Notes under the pieces: generated by a model
What the model was told of the DNA's origin: nothing
What the model saw: only the letters and a program-made list of their open reading frames with translations
Databases searched by the model: none
Shown here: one piece after another, positions 1 through 10,306 of the stretch
Layout of the letters: each line of letters opens with the position of its first letter
Numbering within the stretch: the stretch's first letter is position 1
Assembly: GCA_963674965.2 (NCBI GenBank)
Contig: CAXXFL010000006.1
Span: 384,001 to 448,000, forward strand
Reading direction: 5' to 3'
Length of the DNA: 64,000 nucleotides
From: a bacterium
Lineage (GTDB): Bacteria > RBG-13-61-14 > DATKZS01
Made by a program: the position numbers and the translations under genes

Positions 1-1089
1 GCGTCCCGGCGAGTACATCATGTCGAAAGCCTTCACCGTCCCTTTATAATGGACCTTGAAGGCCTTGCGGTTGTCCGGTCCCCAGACGTGGACCTTGACC
101 CTGCCCGACCCCTCGCCCCGCATGTCGGGCATGGTCTTGCTGTGGGCGATGGGGGGCCACAAGGCGGCGGCCCTTACCGAGGGAAAGCTCGCCGCGGCGT
201 CGAGATTCACGTCGAAGTGGAAGGGCTTGAGCTTCAGCTTGCCCGCCACCCGGTGGATATTAATCCCCGACCAGGCAAGGGACAGGCGCTTCACGTCTAT
301 CTCCTGGTTGGTGGGGGCCTCGAGGGCGGCCTTCAGCCTGAGGGGAGGTCCGCTTTTGCTTCCCCCGGTTTGAGGAAAGGGAAAAGTCAACTCGAGCTCG
401 GCGGGCTTATCCGGCTTGGCGCCCTGGAATTTAAGGTCCAGGTTGGAAAGATGGACGGGCACGAGGAGCGCGTGTTTTCCCTTTTTGGTAAAGCCCCGGT
501 CGACGATATTGAGCTTCATGTCCTCTATACTGATTTCCTTGATGGCCAGGGCGCCCATAAGGTCGAAGTCGCCGGTGGGAGTGATTTTTTTGAGGAAGTC
601 CCTGAGGGCCCACTTAATAAAACTTTCGTTTTTCTCGGGAGGGGTTTTTTCTGGCTTCTTCTCTTTCTTGGGCAGGCTCTTGGCCCACTTGGCCACGTTG
701 AACTTGTTTTTCGAGTCGCGCTCGAGGAAAACCTCGGGCTCGACCAGAATGACCTCGTTCCATACGATCTTTCTTTCCCGGATCAGCTTGTCCGCGTCGG
801 CCACCACCTTTATGGTCTTGGCCTTGAAGAAGTCCTCGGACGTCCCGTTTTCGTTTTTCAGCTTGATTTCCAGGTCGTTTATCTGAATGCCCAGACCCGG
901 CCAGAACATGGGCGTGGCCCATCCGGCCTTCATTTCCGCCTTGAGATTGGCGTCAACCCACTCGGCCAGAATCTCGGAGCCGGGCTTCTCCGGCAGGTAG
1001 GCGGGCAGCCTGGTGACGGCGTAAATTCCGCCGGCCATCACCAGCGCGGCGACGGCAAGCGCCACCAGGATAAACCTTCGCCGGTTCAT
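1..1089 (-). CDS. AsmA-family-like membrane-anchored periplasmic protein (3' end runs off window)
   Basis: Not in ORF track. ATG at 1089 overlaps the upstream GT2 stop (ATGA) and the frame is open to base 1: MNRRRFILVALAVAALVMAGGIYAV...WPGLGIQINDLEI...VILVEPEVFLERD. N-terminal TM plus AsmA-like beta pattern. Confidence 0.6.
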   Translation of the reverse strand, partial: MNRRRFILVALAVAALVMAGGIYAVTRLPAYLPEKPGSEILAEWVDANLKAEMKAGWATPMFWPGLGIQINDLEIKLKNENGTSEDFFKAKTIKVVADADKLIRERKIVWNEVILVEPEVFLERDSKNKFNVAKWAKSLPKKEKKPEKTPPEKNESFIKWALRDFLKKITPTGDFDLMGALAIKEISIEDMKLNIVDRGFTKKGKHALLVPVHLSNLDLKFQGAKPDKPAELELTFPFPQTGGSKSGPPLRLKAALEAPTNQEIDVKRLSLAWSGINIHRVAGKLKLKPFHFDVNLDAAASFPSVRAAALWPPIAHSKTMPDMRGEGSGRVKVHVWGPDNRKAFKVHYKGTVKAFDMMYSPGR

Positions 1090-2027
1090 TGGTGGCCAAG
1101 TTCCTCGAGCACGACGTATTGTTCTCCTTGACGGAAGGACATGTGAGTGATCAGCTCGCCCACCAGGCCGATGGAAAGAAGCTGGGCGCCGAGGAGCATG
1201 AGCATGACTCCGCCCATGAACAGCGGCCTGGTCCCTATCGGTCCCATCCCCATGAGCCACAGCGCGGTCAGATAGGCCAGCGCGGCGAACCCGACGGCCC
1301 CGATCGAGACGCCGATGCCCCCGAAAAGATGGAGGGGCCGTTTGGCGTATTGAGTGAGGAAGATGACGGTAAGGAGATCGAAGAACCCTCGCGGAACGCG
1401 CTCGAGTCCGTACTTGGATTTCCCGTGCCGGCGGGGATGGTGTTTCACGGGTATCTCGGTCACGGTAAATCCCTTGGCCGCGGCGAGGGTGGGGATGAAC
1501 CTGTGCAGGTCCCCGTAAAGCCGGATGTTTTCCGTCACCTGTCTCTGGTAGGCCTTGAAGCCGCAGTTCATGTCGTGTATCTGGATTCCCGAGGCCTTGT
1601 TGGTGACCCAGTTGGCTATCCTGGACAGGACCTTTTTTTCCATGGGGTCCTTGCGGTCCATTTTCCAGCCCGTCACCAGGTGGAAGCCTTGCTCGATGGC
1701 CTCGATGAACCGGGGTATCTCGGAGGGGTCGTCCTGCAGGTCGGCGTCGATCGTGATAATAATATTTCCACGCGAGCGCTCGAAGCCGGCCGCCAGGGCC
1801 GCCGACTTGCCGAAGTTCCTGACAAACCTTATTATTCGCGTCCGGGCGAAGGCCGAGCGTATCTCCTTCATGCGCTCGAGCCCGTCGTCCACGCTGCCGT
1901 CGTCGATGAAGATCAATTCATAGGTCTTGCCCGAGCCGTCCAGGGCTTTCCTTATTCCATCCGCCAACTCGAGAAGGGTCTTTTCCTCATCCTTGACCGG
2001 AATAACCACCGAGACGTCAATTTCCAT
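1086..2027 (-). CDS. GT2 polyprenyl-phosphate glycosyltransferase (ArnC/GtrB/DPM1-like)
   Basis: SVVIPVKDE, IDDGSVD, RNFGKSAA, IDADLQDDP, DMNCGFK and two C-terminal TM helices. ATG 2027 (GTG 2033 is an alternative). Confidence 0.9.
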   Translation of the reverse strand: MEIDVSVVIPVKDEEKTLLELADGIRKALDGSGKTYELIFIDDGSVDDGLERMKEIRSAFARTRIIRFVRNFGKSAALAAGFERSRGNIIITIDADLQDDPSEIPRFIEAIEQGFHLVTGWKMDRKDPMEKKVLSRIANWVTNKASGIQIHDMNCGFKAYQRQVTENIRLYGDLHRFIPTLAAAKGFTVTEIPVKHHPRRHGKSKYGLERVPRGFFDLLTVIFLTQYAKRPLHLFGGIGVSIGAVGFAALAYLTALWLMGMGPIGTRPLFMGGVMLMLLGAQLLSIGLVGELITHMSFRQGEQYVVLEELGHQ

Positions 2028-2056
2028 AATCACTCCGAGCCGGCCTGATAAAAACC

Positions 2057-3709
2057 TCAGCCGGGTCCTTTGCCCAATCCCGTTTCATCGAGACGGCCGT
2101 AAACGAAATAGTCCTCGATTTTCGTCTCGAGGTAATAGTCACGCTCGATCATTTCCCAAAACTCCGTGAAAGCCCTCGCCTGGGCCGCCGAGTCGAGCGG
2201 CTCGATGGCGGTGGCGTCGTTCTCGATAATTATTATATATTTAGGCGGCCTTTTTTGCAGGGACGCCATGAATTCCGCCCGCAGGACGTCGCGGTACCTC
2301 TGAAAATCTAGGTTCCCCGCCGGATCGGCCGTCAAGGGCTGGTCATAGGCGAAGCGCGTGGGGGGAAAGCGATTCATCATTAGATATAGAGCGGGCTCGA
2401 GTCCGAAAACCAGGACCCCGTCGGAAGGCGTGGAATGCCCCGACACGTATTCGGAGACGGCCTCCGCCGCCATCTGACATATATCTCCTCCGCCCCATTT
2501 CCCATAAGCCGCCAGGAAGTTGTTTCTTTCGATCTTGCCCGCGTCGTAGAGATATTCCCGATAATATCGCTTGGAATCGGGATTAAGAGAGCCGATGAAT
2601 AAGGCCGCGAGAAGCGCGAGCAGGGCAAGGCGAGAAGCGCGAGTTCTTGAAGAACCCAATGAAATGGAAGACAACAGAGCCGCCGCTCCCCAGGCGGACA
2701 TGACGGAAAGGGGCAAAAGGAGAGGAATCCAGTGATAAGTGAAGAACTTCATCTGGATTACTATCTGAAGGAGCAATAAGGCGGCAAAGACAAGCGCTAC
2801 TCGAAGCCTGACTGATGATCGTCCATCCAGGGCCAGTGAAGCTCCCGCCAGTACCGCGAGGAACCTCCAGTCGATGGCCCATTTAATAAGACTTTGGATC
2901 ACGTTGGATATAGTCTCAGCAAGTCCGCCGTATTTCTGTCCCCCGTAAAATCCGCCGAACCTGATTACCGACTCGAGCATGGCGCTTAACGTGCCGGTCG
3001 AAACCAGATAAATAAGGAGCGGCAAAAAAGACAACGCGAACCCCGCGCCGGTCGCCAGGATCGCGGTTATGGGGCCTGGCTTTTGTCGGCGCCGCGCCAG
3101 GGCCACTTGGATGCAGACGAGGACGACGATCCCCAGGGTCGGCTTGTACTGGGCCGCGAAGCCGGAGAACAATCCGGCCAGAAAGGCGAAGGCCACGATC
3201 TTGATCCCCGCGGACTCGCCATTGTCCTCGCCGGGTACGGACTTTAAAAAGAACAGCAGGGCCAGGGAAAGGGGAAGACAAGCCAGGCTTTCCTTTTGCG
3301 CCACGTCCCAATAGGCCGTGTACATGACCACGGCGAAGCCGCCATAGAAGATCGAGGCGAAAGCCGAGGCCAACGGACGGAGCATGGTCCTGGCCGCCGC
3401 GTAAACGGCCAGATAGGTAAGTCCGGTAAAGACGAGGTGGACGAGGTTGACCGCCTCGACGAGGCTGAGAGGGAGCCTGGCCGCCAGTCCGTAAGTGAAG
3501 AAAATGGCGGGAAGGTTGAAATGGTAAACGTCCTTGTAAATCAGTCCTCCCCTGGCCATGACCTCGGCCACGTAGGCGCTGACTCCCTGGTCCCTGCCAA
3601 AGGGAACGTGGATCGAGATCAGGCCCAGGCCCATCGCAAGGACAAGCCCCAGCGTCAAAACCAGCGGACCTGAATGGAGCCGCTCTTTTTTATCGCCAAT
3701 TTCGGACAT
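2057..3709 (-). CDS. GT-C fold (ArnT/PMT-like) polytopic membrane glycosyltransferase
   Basis: About 11-12 hydrophobic segments, RDQG...Y in first loop, GLIYKDVY, C-terminal soluble domain; upstream of GT2. Confidence 0.7.
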   Translation of the reverse strand: MSEIGDKKERLHSGPLVLTLGLVLAMGLGLISIHVPFGRDQGVSAYVAEVMARGGLIYKDVYHFNLPAIFFTYGLAARLPLSLVEAVNLVHLVFTGLTYLAVYAAARTMLRPLASAFASIFYGGFAVVMYTAYWDVAQKESLACLPLSLALLFFLKSVPGEDNGESAGIKIVAFAFLAGLFSGFAAQYKPTLGIVVLVCIQVALARRRQKPGPITAILATGAGFALSFLPLLIYLVSTGTLSAMLESVIRFGGFYGGQKYGGLAETISNVIQSLIKWAIDWRFLAVLAGASLALDGRSSVRLRVALVFAALLLLQIVIQMKFFTYHWIPLLLPLSVMSAWGAAALLSSISLGSSRTRASRLALLALLAALFIGSLNPDSKRYYREYLYDAGKIERNNFLAAYGKWGGGDICQMAAEAVSEYVSGHSTPSDGVLVFGLEPALYLMMNRFPPTRFAYDQPLTADPAGNLDFQRYRDVLRAEFMASLQKRPPKYIIIIENDATAIEPLDSAAQARAFTEFWEMIERDYYLETKIEDYFVYGRLDETGLGKGPG

Positions 3710-3785
3710 CGTTAAGTTCTTCTTGACCGATCCGCTATTTTACTTGCCCGCGCGGGGAGGTTGCAAGAAGATGGCCTGGTCAGGG

Positions 3786-4187
3786 TTAAGAAGGAGGCGC
3801 TTCATGCGTCCCACTCTTGAATAAAAAATGACGGACCGCGGCGGCCAGGGCGACTCCCGCGGCGTAGGCTATGAGGTCGGGCCAGTTGAAAGACGTCCCG
3901 AAGATCAGCCTCAGCAGAATATGCCGCGACGAGAGCCAGGCGAGTCCGGGCGTCAGTTGAAGGAACTCGACGGCCCAGCTTATGGCCAGGGCAATGATAA
4001 AGGAATTTTTCGTCCTGATCGATGGACTTAGAAAAACGACGCACCAGTAAACCATGGCGGCCCAGGCGGCGACCCCTCCATACTTTGAAAGGAAGCCCTC
4101 GAGGCCGTACCTTATGGCCAGTCCCGCGAGCAGGGTCACAACGCCGGCGGCCGCGGGGGAGGTCCTTGGTTTAAGGCGACCCATCAT
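3786..4187 (-). CDS. DUF2809-family membrane protein
   Basis: KYGGVAAWAAMVY, VEFLQL, LIFGTSFNWPDLIAYAAG pattern. Confidence 0.8.
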   Translation of the reverse strand: MMGRLKPRTSPAAAGVVTLLAGLAIRYGLEGFLSKYGGVAAWAAMVYWCVVFLSPSIRTKNSFIIALAISWAVEFLQLTPGLAWLSSRHILLRLIFGTSFNWPDLIAYAAGVALAAAVRHFLFKSGTHEAPPS

Positions 4188-4352
4188 TGCATTTAAAGAT
4201 ATATCTTGCGCCCGGCCGCGGCAAAGTTCATTAAGGAAGCATTACCGCCTTCGCGACGCGGAGAGATTCCTCAGTATCCTCAATATCTCCTTTTCTTTGC
4301 CATATTATTTTCATAATTCGATACTATGCTTCGCAGAAAAGGAGATTCGGAA

Positions 4353-5159
4353 ATGAACGCCGAAAAAATAAATGACCAAGTCCGCTCATTAGCCAGAAAG
4401 ACGTTGCCTTTTAACTGGCGGGTGGAATTGAGAAGACTTCCTCGCGCCTTGTCAGACCTGCGGGACATGAACCTAATGGCGCGGCAAAAGGGAGAAGAAA
4501 GCGAGTTCCCCTGGTTGCTTTTCCAGGATTCGTCTCCTCTGCGCCGCTTTTCCGATCGTATTCCGCGTGATCTCCAACTGGGCAAGGAAAGGAACCTAGC
4601 CGTGGCCTGCCAGGCCATCGATCGGACCGTAATCGAGCCAGGCCAGATATTCTCCTATCACCGGCTGGTGGGACGGCCTTCTCGCCCGCGCGGTTTTCGG
4701 CCCGGCCTCGAGCTTCACGACTCGGAGCAATCGGCCGGAACGGGCGGAGGCCTATGCCTTATCAGCAATATCATCTATTGGCTGGCCCTGAATTCAGGCA
4801 TGATAATCCGCGAGCGTCATCGACATTCTTTCGATCTGTTTCCGGACCATAACCGATCGAGGCCCTTCGGGTGCGGAGCCACGGTTTTTTACAATTACCA
4901 CGACCTCCGCTTCGAGAACCCGCTGGCGGCGAGAGTAATGGTCCGCCTTGAAATCGTTGAGGACGGACTGGAGGCTCGAATGCTGGCGGACGATGACGCG
5001 GGTTACGAGGTGAGGATACTGGAGCGAGGCCACCGTTTTTTCGAGGATGAGGGAGTAAAAACGCGAGAGAATTATATTTGGCGACAAATCCGCAACAAAT
5101 CGGGAACTCTCATCCGTGAGGAACTCGTCGCTCATAACCTTTGCCGAGTGATGTACTGA
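4353..5159 (+). CDS. VanW-family protein
   Basis: KERNLAVA, IEPGQIFSYHRLVG, GGGLCLISN, ERHRHSFD, FGCGATVFYNYHDLRFEN. GGAGA RBS before ATG 4353 (ORF opens at 4326). Confidence 0.85.
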   Translation: MNAEKINDQVRSLARKTLPFNWRVELRRLPRALSDLRDMNLMARQKGEESEFPWLLFQDSSPLRRFSDRIPRDLQLGKERNLAVACQAIDRTVIEPGQIFSYHRLVGRPSRPRGFRPGLELHDSEQSAGTGGGLCLISNIIYWLALNSGMIIRERHRHSFDLFPDHNRSRPFGCGATVFYNYHDLRFENPLAARVMVRLEIVEDGLEARMLADDDAGYEVRILERGHRFFEDEGVKTRENYIWRQIRNKSGTLIREELVAHNLCRVMY

Positions 5160-5172
5160 GCGAGGTTGTTAG

Positions 5173-6135
5173 ATGCAAAGGGCGCTGATAAAAGGAGCCG
5201 GATTGTTTTCCTCGGGGGTCATCCCCGGGGGCGAGCGGGCCTATCGGTATATTACCAGGCGAGTAATGGGAAGCCAGGCGGGCCACGTTACCAAGTTAAG
5301 GAGAGTGTGGCCCATCTATGTCAGCGTTCTGTCCAAGATATTCGGCGGGTCCATGGATGGTCTTCGCGTTTGGGACCATGAGCCCGGATGGACCCCATAT
5401 CTCGCTCTATTGAACTATATCACCACCGGTGAAGGTGGAAGCCTGATTAACACCAGGATATCGGGCGCGAGCGTCCTGGACCGACACGCTACGGACTCGA
5501 TCAACCAGGCCATGGCTATTATCCCCCGGTTGGCGGATATGATCCATATCCCGGACGAGCGTCAAGAGCGAATAGATGGGCTTCGTTTTTGCGGAGGGGC
5601 AAGGGAAATGATGGAGGCGGTCGGGTGCCGTTATCAAGAAGGAGTGGACCCTGAAAGGCTTCCGCTGGATAATGCATCCATGGACCTGATGCATTGCGGC
5701 GGACAGTTCGAGCACTATACTCCCGCTGAACTATCCATTTTTTTGCGAGAGGCGCGAAGGATTTTACGACCCGGCGGAATGATAAGCGCGGTGGTCGACC
5801 ATCGCGATCATCTTTTCCATTTCGATCCCAAGCTACCGTTCCTTTTTCATTACTCACAAAGCGACGGGGTCTATCGCGTTACGCGCTCCAGCCAACTCCT
5901 ATATCACAACCGCCTGACTCCCGCCGAGTTTTCCGCGGCCCTGGAACGTGCCGGGTTTCATCGAGTCGGGCTTCGCAGGTTGACTTTGCCCGACCACTCC
6001 TGGAATGAGGAACAAGACGAACTTCAAGGCCGGGATGGACTTGACCGCCATCTTCTTGCGCCGCGTTTCCGGGAAATTTCGGACCGGGACCTCAAAACCG
6101 CGGCCGCCCACTATATTTACTCCAATCCAGCCTGA
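5173..6135 (+). CDS. class I SAM-dependent methyltransferase-like protein
   Basis: LPLDNASMDL, FEHY, RRILRPGG, VDHRDH, YHNRL; motif I atypical (WDHEPGW). Confidence 0.7.
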   Translation: MQRALIKGAGLFSSGVIPGGERAYRYITRRVMGSQAGHVTKLRRVWPIYVSVLSKIFGGSMDGLRVWDHEPGWTPYLALLNYITTGEGGSLINTRISGASVLDRHATDSINQAMAIIPRLADMIHIPDERQERIDGLRFCGGAREMMEAVGCRYQEGVDPERLPLDNASMDLMHCGGQFEHYTPAELSIFLREARRILRPGGMISAVVDHRDHLFHFDPKLPFLFHYSQSDGVYRVTRSSQLLYHNRLTPAEFSAALERAGFHRVGLRRLTLPDHSWNEEQDELQGRDGLDRHLLAPRFREISDRDLKTAAAHYIYSNPA

Positions 6136-6264
6136 AGCTTCTTCATTATTTCCTCACGCTTGTCTTCCCTATCACAACCGTTATATGATCTTTTCTGAAA
6201 TCTTTCTCCACGTCGCGAAACGTTTGAGAAAGGTTAATACGCCGGGAAAGGAGATATCATCCTT

Positions 6265-8334
6265 ATGAAGAGGAAAACCATAGGCGTGGCGGCCGTTTTT
6301 ATGGCCCTGGCCGTTTTGGCTCCAGCCGTAGAAGCTTGGGGCAAGGAAACGAGATGGATACTGGATTTGTCCGGTGAGGGAAAGTTTTTCGATCTTCCCT
6401 ATCCGACTGAACTGAGAAGGATGGACGACGGGACCATCGACATGAGCGGCTTTCCCAATCCCTACGACATGGAGATGATCGAAAGGGCGGCCGACTCCGC
6501 GTCGAAAGGATACGGCTACAGCACGGCCCCCACCGTCTACTTCCGGTTTAAGGGACCCGGAGTCGACCCGGACCTGTTTCCCCAGCCGGCCGAGACCATG
6601 GCCAAGGGCGCCAAGCTTTTCATTATCGACGTGGACCCGAGCTCTCCGGAAAAGGGAAAACACTTTCCCGTTGTAGCCAGGTACTATAAATACGGCGCTC
6701 GGCAGATGAAGTCGCAGCGCAACCTTCTCGCGCTAATGCCCGTCCCCGGCTTCGTGCTTCGTGAGAACACGCTTTACGCCGCGGGGGTAAGAAGGTCCGT
6801 CGGGGGCAAGGACGGCGGATTGACGCCCAACGATGACCTCCTCAAGATAGCGGCCGGCCAGAAACCCGACGCTCCTCTTGGGCAAAAGGCCCTGGACGCG
6901 TACGGTCCCGCGCTGGCGTACCTGGCGGAAATGGGGGCCGAGGCCGACAAGCTGGCGGCGCTGACCGTGTTCCGTACGGGAGACCCCACCGCCCGCATGC
7001 AGAAGCTGTTCGACGGGGTCAAGGACATGACCGGTCTCGATATCCGGCAGCCCTTTACGCGGACCCGGGACTACGAGCTTTACTCCGTGCTGGAGGGCGT
7101 GGTCATGATGCCCCAGTTCCAGGACGGGACCCCGCCCTACGGCCATGGAAAGGGAGGCAGGATCAGTTTCGATGAAAAGGGCAAACCCATAGTGCGCCGC
7201 CATGACGAGGTACCAGTGGCCATCAGCGTGCCCAAGGGGAAGATGCCGCCGAAGGGTTTCCCTCTAACCATCTATATTCACGGAACGGCGGGAGTATCCA
7301 CCCAGTTTATCGACCGGGGCGAGGTTAAGGGCAAGGATAAGGCCCGCCACCATAACATTATCCGGGAGATGATCACCCCACCGGACAAGGCCCCCGAGGG
7401 GACCGGGCCGGCACTGATCTACGCTCTCCATGGCATAGCCGGGGCCGGGGCGGCCCAGCAGCACGCGGGCGAGAGAGGCGGCCTTGACGCCCAGCTTTTC
7501 TACTACAACTTCCTGTCGCCCGAGGCCCTGCGCGACAACATGCTCCAGGCTGCGGCCGAGGCGGCCATGCTGCTCAGGTTCCTGGCCAACCTCGAGATCG
7601 ACCCGTCCCTTTGCCCGGACACGGACTCGGGGGGAAATCCCATCGCGTTCGATCCCGACCTGGTCTTCGCCACGGGCCAGTCTTTAGGCAGCCTCATCCT
7701 GGGTCCGTGGGGCGCGGTCGAGACCGAGGTCAAGATTTTAATGCCCGCGGGCAACGGGGCCTACTGGCAGCTTTTCCTCTCGGAAGGGAACGCCTTTTCC
7801 CTGAACTTTCTAAGGAGAAAACAAAAGGGGCAGGGAGAGTTCCTCAAGTTCGACCGCTACCACCCCTATATATCCCTCATGTCCCAGGTGCTGGCGGAGG
7901 GAGACCCCTTCGCCTATCAGCCCCATTATTACAAGCGCCCCTTGCCCGGCCGGGACCCGAAGCATATATGGGCGTCCTTCGGCCAGGGCGACAACTATTT
8001 CTATCCGGTCTCGCAGAACGCGGCCATCCTCTGCATGGGCCTGGATTTCGCCGGCGAGGTGGCCGAGCCCTCGGTGCTGGACGCCCTCGAGATCGGCGGG
8101 CTCGAGAAGCTCGAGTATCCGGTCAAGTCGAACGCCAAGTCCGAGACGGGAGAAAAGGTCACGGCCGTGGCCGAGCAGTTCAAGGAGCACGGGCCGCTGA
8201 ACGGACACCACGTCAACTACCAGCGCGAGGACGCCAAGTACCAGTACGGCTGCTTCCTGGAGAGCATGGTCAAGGACGGCGTTCCCACCCTATACGAGGC
8301 CGGGGACGCTTGGGACGCGGAGTGCGGACAATAA
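6265..8334 (+). CDS. secreted alpha/beta-hydrolase (lipase/esterase-like) with N-terminal Ig-like region
   Basis: Signal peptide MKRKTIGVAAVFMALAVLAPAVEA, FFDLPYP, YIHGTAG, nucleophile elbow GQSLG, GDNY and GHH candidate Asp/His; AAGGAG RBS. Confidence 0.7.
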   Translation: MKRKTIGVAAVFMALAVLAPAVEAWGKETRWILDLSGEGKFFDLPYPTELRRMDDGTIDMSGFPNPYDMEMIERAADSASKGYGYSTAPTVYFRFKGPGVDPDLFPQPAETMAKGAKLFIIDVDPSSPEKGKHFPVVARYYKYGARQMKSQRNLLALMPVPGFVLRENTLYAAGVRRSVGGKDGGLTPNDDLLKIAAGQKPDAPLGQKALDAYGPALAYLAEMGAEADKLAALTVFRTGDPTARMQKLFDGVKDMTGLDIRQPFTRTRDYELYSVLEGVVMMPQFQDGTPPYGHGKGGRISFDEKGKPIVRRHDEVPVAISVPKGKMPPKGFPLTIYIHGTAGVSTQFIDRGEVKGKDKARHHNIIREMITPPDKAPEGTGPALIYALHGIAGAGAAQQHAGERGGLDAQLFYYNFLSPEALRDNMLQAAAEAAMLLRFLANLEIDPSLCPDTDSGGNPIAFDPDLVFATGQSLGSLILGPWGAVETEVKILMPAGNGAYWQLFLSEGNAFSLNFLRRKQKGQGEFLKFDRYHPYISLMSQVLAEGDPFAYQPHYYKRPLPGRDPKHIWASFGQGDNYFYPVSQNAAILCMGLDFAGEVAEPSVLDALEIGGLEKLEYPVKSNAKSETGEKVTAVAEQFKEHGPLNGHHVNYQREDAKYQYGCFLESMVKDGVPTLYEAGDAWDAECGQ

Positions 8335-8405
8335 AGGTTTGAGGCGTCGCAATATTCGCGGGCGGCCCGGATAGCCATATCCGGGCGCCATGAGGCGCGG
8401 GGCAA

Positions 8406-9380
8406 TTAATCCTTTTCGGTATTATCGATGAAGTAGCGTCTTATCAGGGACTCTATCTCATGGGCCTTCTTGACCTGGAACAGGTCCCTTCTAAAGCTCA
8501 CCGCCTCGGGGATGCCCCTCGAGTACCAGACCAGGTGCTTTCTTATCTCCGAGGCCGCCCTGTCCTCGTCCGAGTAATCGATCATCATGCGAAGGTGCCG
8601 GATGGCTATCTCGCCCTTTTGCGCCCTGGTGGGATTGGCCTCGGGATGGTCCGGACCCTTGGCCATGGCCGCGAATATCCAGGGAGCGCCGATGGCGACC
8701 CGGGCGGGCATGACGCCGGCGCACCCGGTATGCTCGATCATGCGGTCGGCGTCCTCCTTCGAGGCTATGCCGCCGTTTCCGATGACGGGTATGCCAACGG
8801 CCCGGACCACCTCCCGGATGGCGTCAAGGTCCGGCTCTCCCGAGAAGCCCCGTGACCTTTCCCGGCCGTGTACTATGACCGCGTCCACCCCCTCGCCCTC
8901 GCAAATCCGGGCCAACTCGACGGCGTTCCGGGATTGCCTGTCCCATCCCAGGCGCATCTTGACGGTCAGGGGTACGTCGATCGAGCGCCGGACGGCCCTG
9001 ATGATGGACTCGGCCCGAGTAAGGTCCTGCATCAGCGCCGCGCCCGCGCCGTTGCGGGTGATCTTCTTGACCGGGCATCCCATGTTCAGGTCGATGATAT
9101 CGGCCTCCATGGCGCCCAGGGTCCGGGCGGCCTCGGCCATCTCGTCCGGGTGAGGTCCGAAAAGCTGGATGGCCAGGGGCCTGTCCTCCGGGTGGGTCTT
9201 GAGGGCGTAAAGCACGTCGGACTGGAGACGCCGGAGGGCCACGGCGGTGGAGCTGACCATCTCCGTCACGGTAAGGGCCGCGCCGAAGCGGCGGCATAGA
9301 AGGCGCATGGGCCAGGATGAGTATCCGGCCAGGGGCGCGAGTATCAGGGGGGGCTCGATCTGAAGGGGACCGATTTTCAT
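8406..9380 (-). CDS. dusB: tRNA-dihydrouridine synthase B
   Basis: LAPLAG, TEMVS, QLFG, DLNMGCP, TVKMRLGW, VHGR, IGNGG, IRKHLVWY. Confidence 0.92.
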   Translation of the reverse strand: MKIGPLQIEPPLILAPLAGYSSWPMRLLCRRFGAALTVTEMVSSTAVALRRLQSDVLYALKTHPEDRPLAIQLFGPHPDEMAEAARTLGAMEADIIDLNMGCPVKKITRNGAGAALMQDLTRAESIIRAVRRSIDVPLTVKMRLGWDRQSRNAVELARICEGEGVDAVIVHGRERSRGFSGEPDLDAIREVVRAVGIPVIGNGGIASKEDADRMIEHTGCAGVMPARVAIGAPWIFAAMAKGPDHPEANPTRAQKGEIAIRHLRMMIDYSDEDRAASEIRKHLVWYSRGIPEAVSFRRDLFQVKKAHEIESLIRRYFIDNTEKD

Positions 9381-9429
9381 GGACCGCGTCGTCGCGGCGG
9401 GAGCGCACCGCCACCGCTCCCGCCGGCTC

Positions 9430-10083
9430 TCATTTCAGCGACAGGCCCTGCTTTTCCCAGTCGGCCAGGAAAGCGGCCATGCCCTTGTCCGTCAGCGGAT
9501 GAAGTGCCATCTGCTTTATGACCTTGAGTGGAATGGTGGAGATATGGGCGCCCATGAGGGCCGCGTCCAGGATGTGGAGGGGATTTCGGATCGAGGCCAC
9601 GATTATCTCGCTGGCGTATCCGTAGTTGTTGTAGATGGTCACGAGCTGCTCGATAAGCTCCATTCCCCGGTTGGAGATATCGTCCAGCCGTCCCACGAAG
9701 GGACTCACGAAACTGGCCCCCGCCTTGGCCGCCAACAGGCCCTGCAAGGGAGAGAAGACCAGGGTGACGTTGCACCTGATGCCCTCCGGCTCGAGGGCCG
9801 CCACAGCCTTCATGCCCTCCACCGTCATGGGTATCTTGCAAACGATGTTGGGATGGATCGCGTGAACCAGTTTGGCCTCCTCGATCATGCCCTTGGCCTC
9901 GGTCGCCACCACCTCGGCGCTGATGGGACCGTCAACGATGGTTACGATCTCCTCGATTACCTCACGAAACGGACGGCCCGTCTTGGCCACCAGAGACGGG
10001 TTCGTCGTGACGCCGTCTACCAGTCCCATCTCGTTGGCCTCGCGGATTTCGCCCACGTCCGCGCTGTCAATGAAAATCTTCAT
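9430..10083 (-). CDS. tal: transaldolase (TalC/FSA family, 217 aa)
   Basis: GVTTNPS, Schiff-base Lys in [15 protein letters not shown]. Glu in SAEV and Phe in SPF favour transaldolase over FSA. Confidence 0.9.
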   Translation of the reverse strand: MKIFIDSADVGEIREANEMGLVDGVTTNPSLVAKTGRPFREVIEEIVTIVDGPISAEVVATEAKGMIEEAKLVHAIHPNIVCKIPMTVEGMKAVAALEPEGIRCNVTLVFSPLQGLLAAKAGASFVSPFVGRLDDISNRGMELIEQLVTIYNNYGYASEIIVASIRNPLHILDAALMGAHISTIPLKVIKQMALHPLTDKGMAAFLADWEKQGLSLK

Positions 10084-10306
10084 CTAATTCCCCCTGAAAT
10101 AAAAGATTCGCGTCCCCCTCAAAAGGCTCGCGGTAAATAAATGCTCGCATGAAAAGAAGGGGTTTTCAAGCCAATGGCGGCCGACCAGTCGCGGCCGACC
10201 GTGACTGGAGCGGATCGGGAAGGATAGTTCGCGTGAACGAAATCAAGGTTATCGAAATGAAAAAACAAGAAACTGAAATTAGCATGACCCTTTGGCCAAT
10301 ACGGCG

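Noticed and set aside
49-1131. 360-aa + strand ORF and similar long antisense ORFs (e.g. 20007-21644, 23661-25541, 30957-32591, 60011-61606)
   Set aside because: Shadow ORFs opposite well-supported genes, expected in GC-rich DNA; no recognisable motifs.
4353-5159. Vancomycin resistance locus
   Set aside because: VanW alone is widespread; no vanHAX or vanRS genes nearby.
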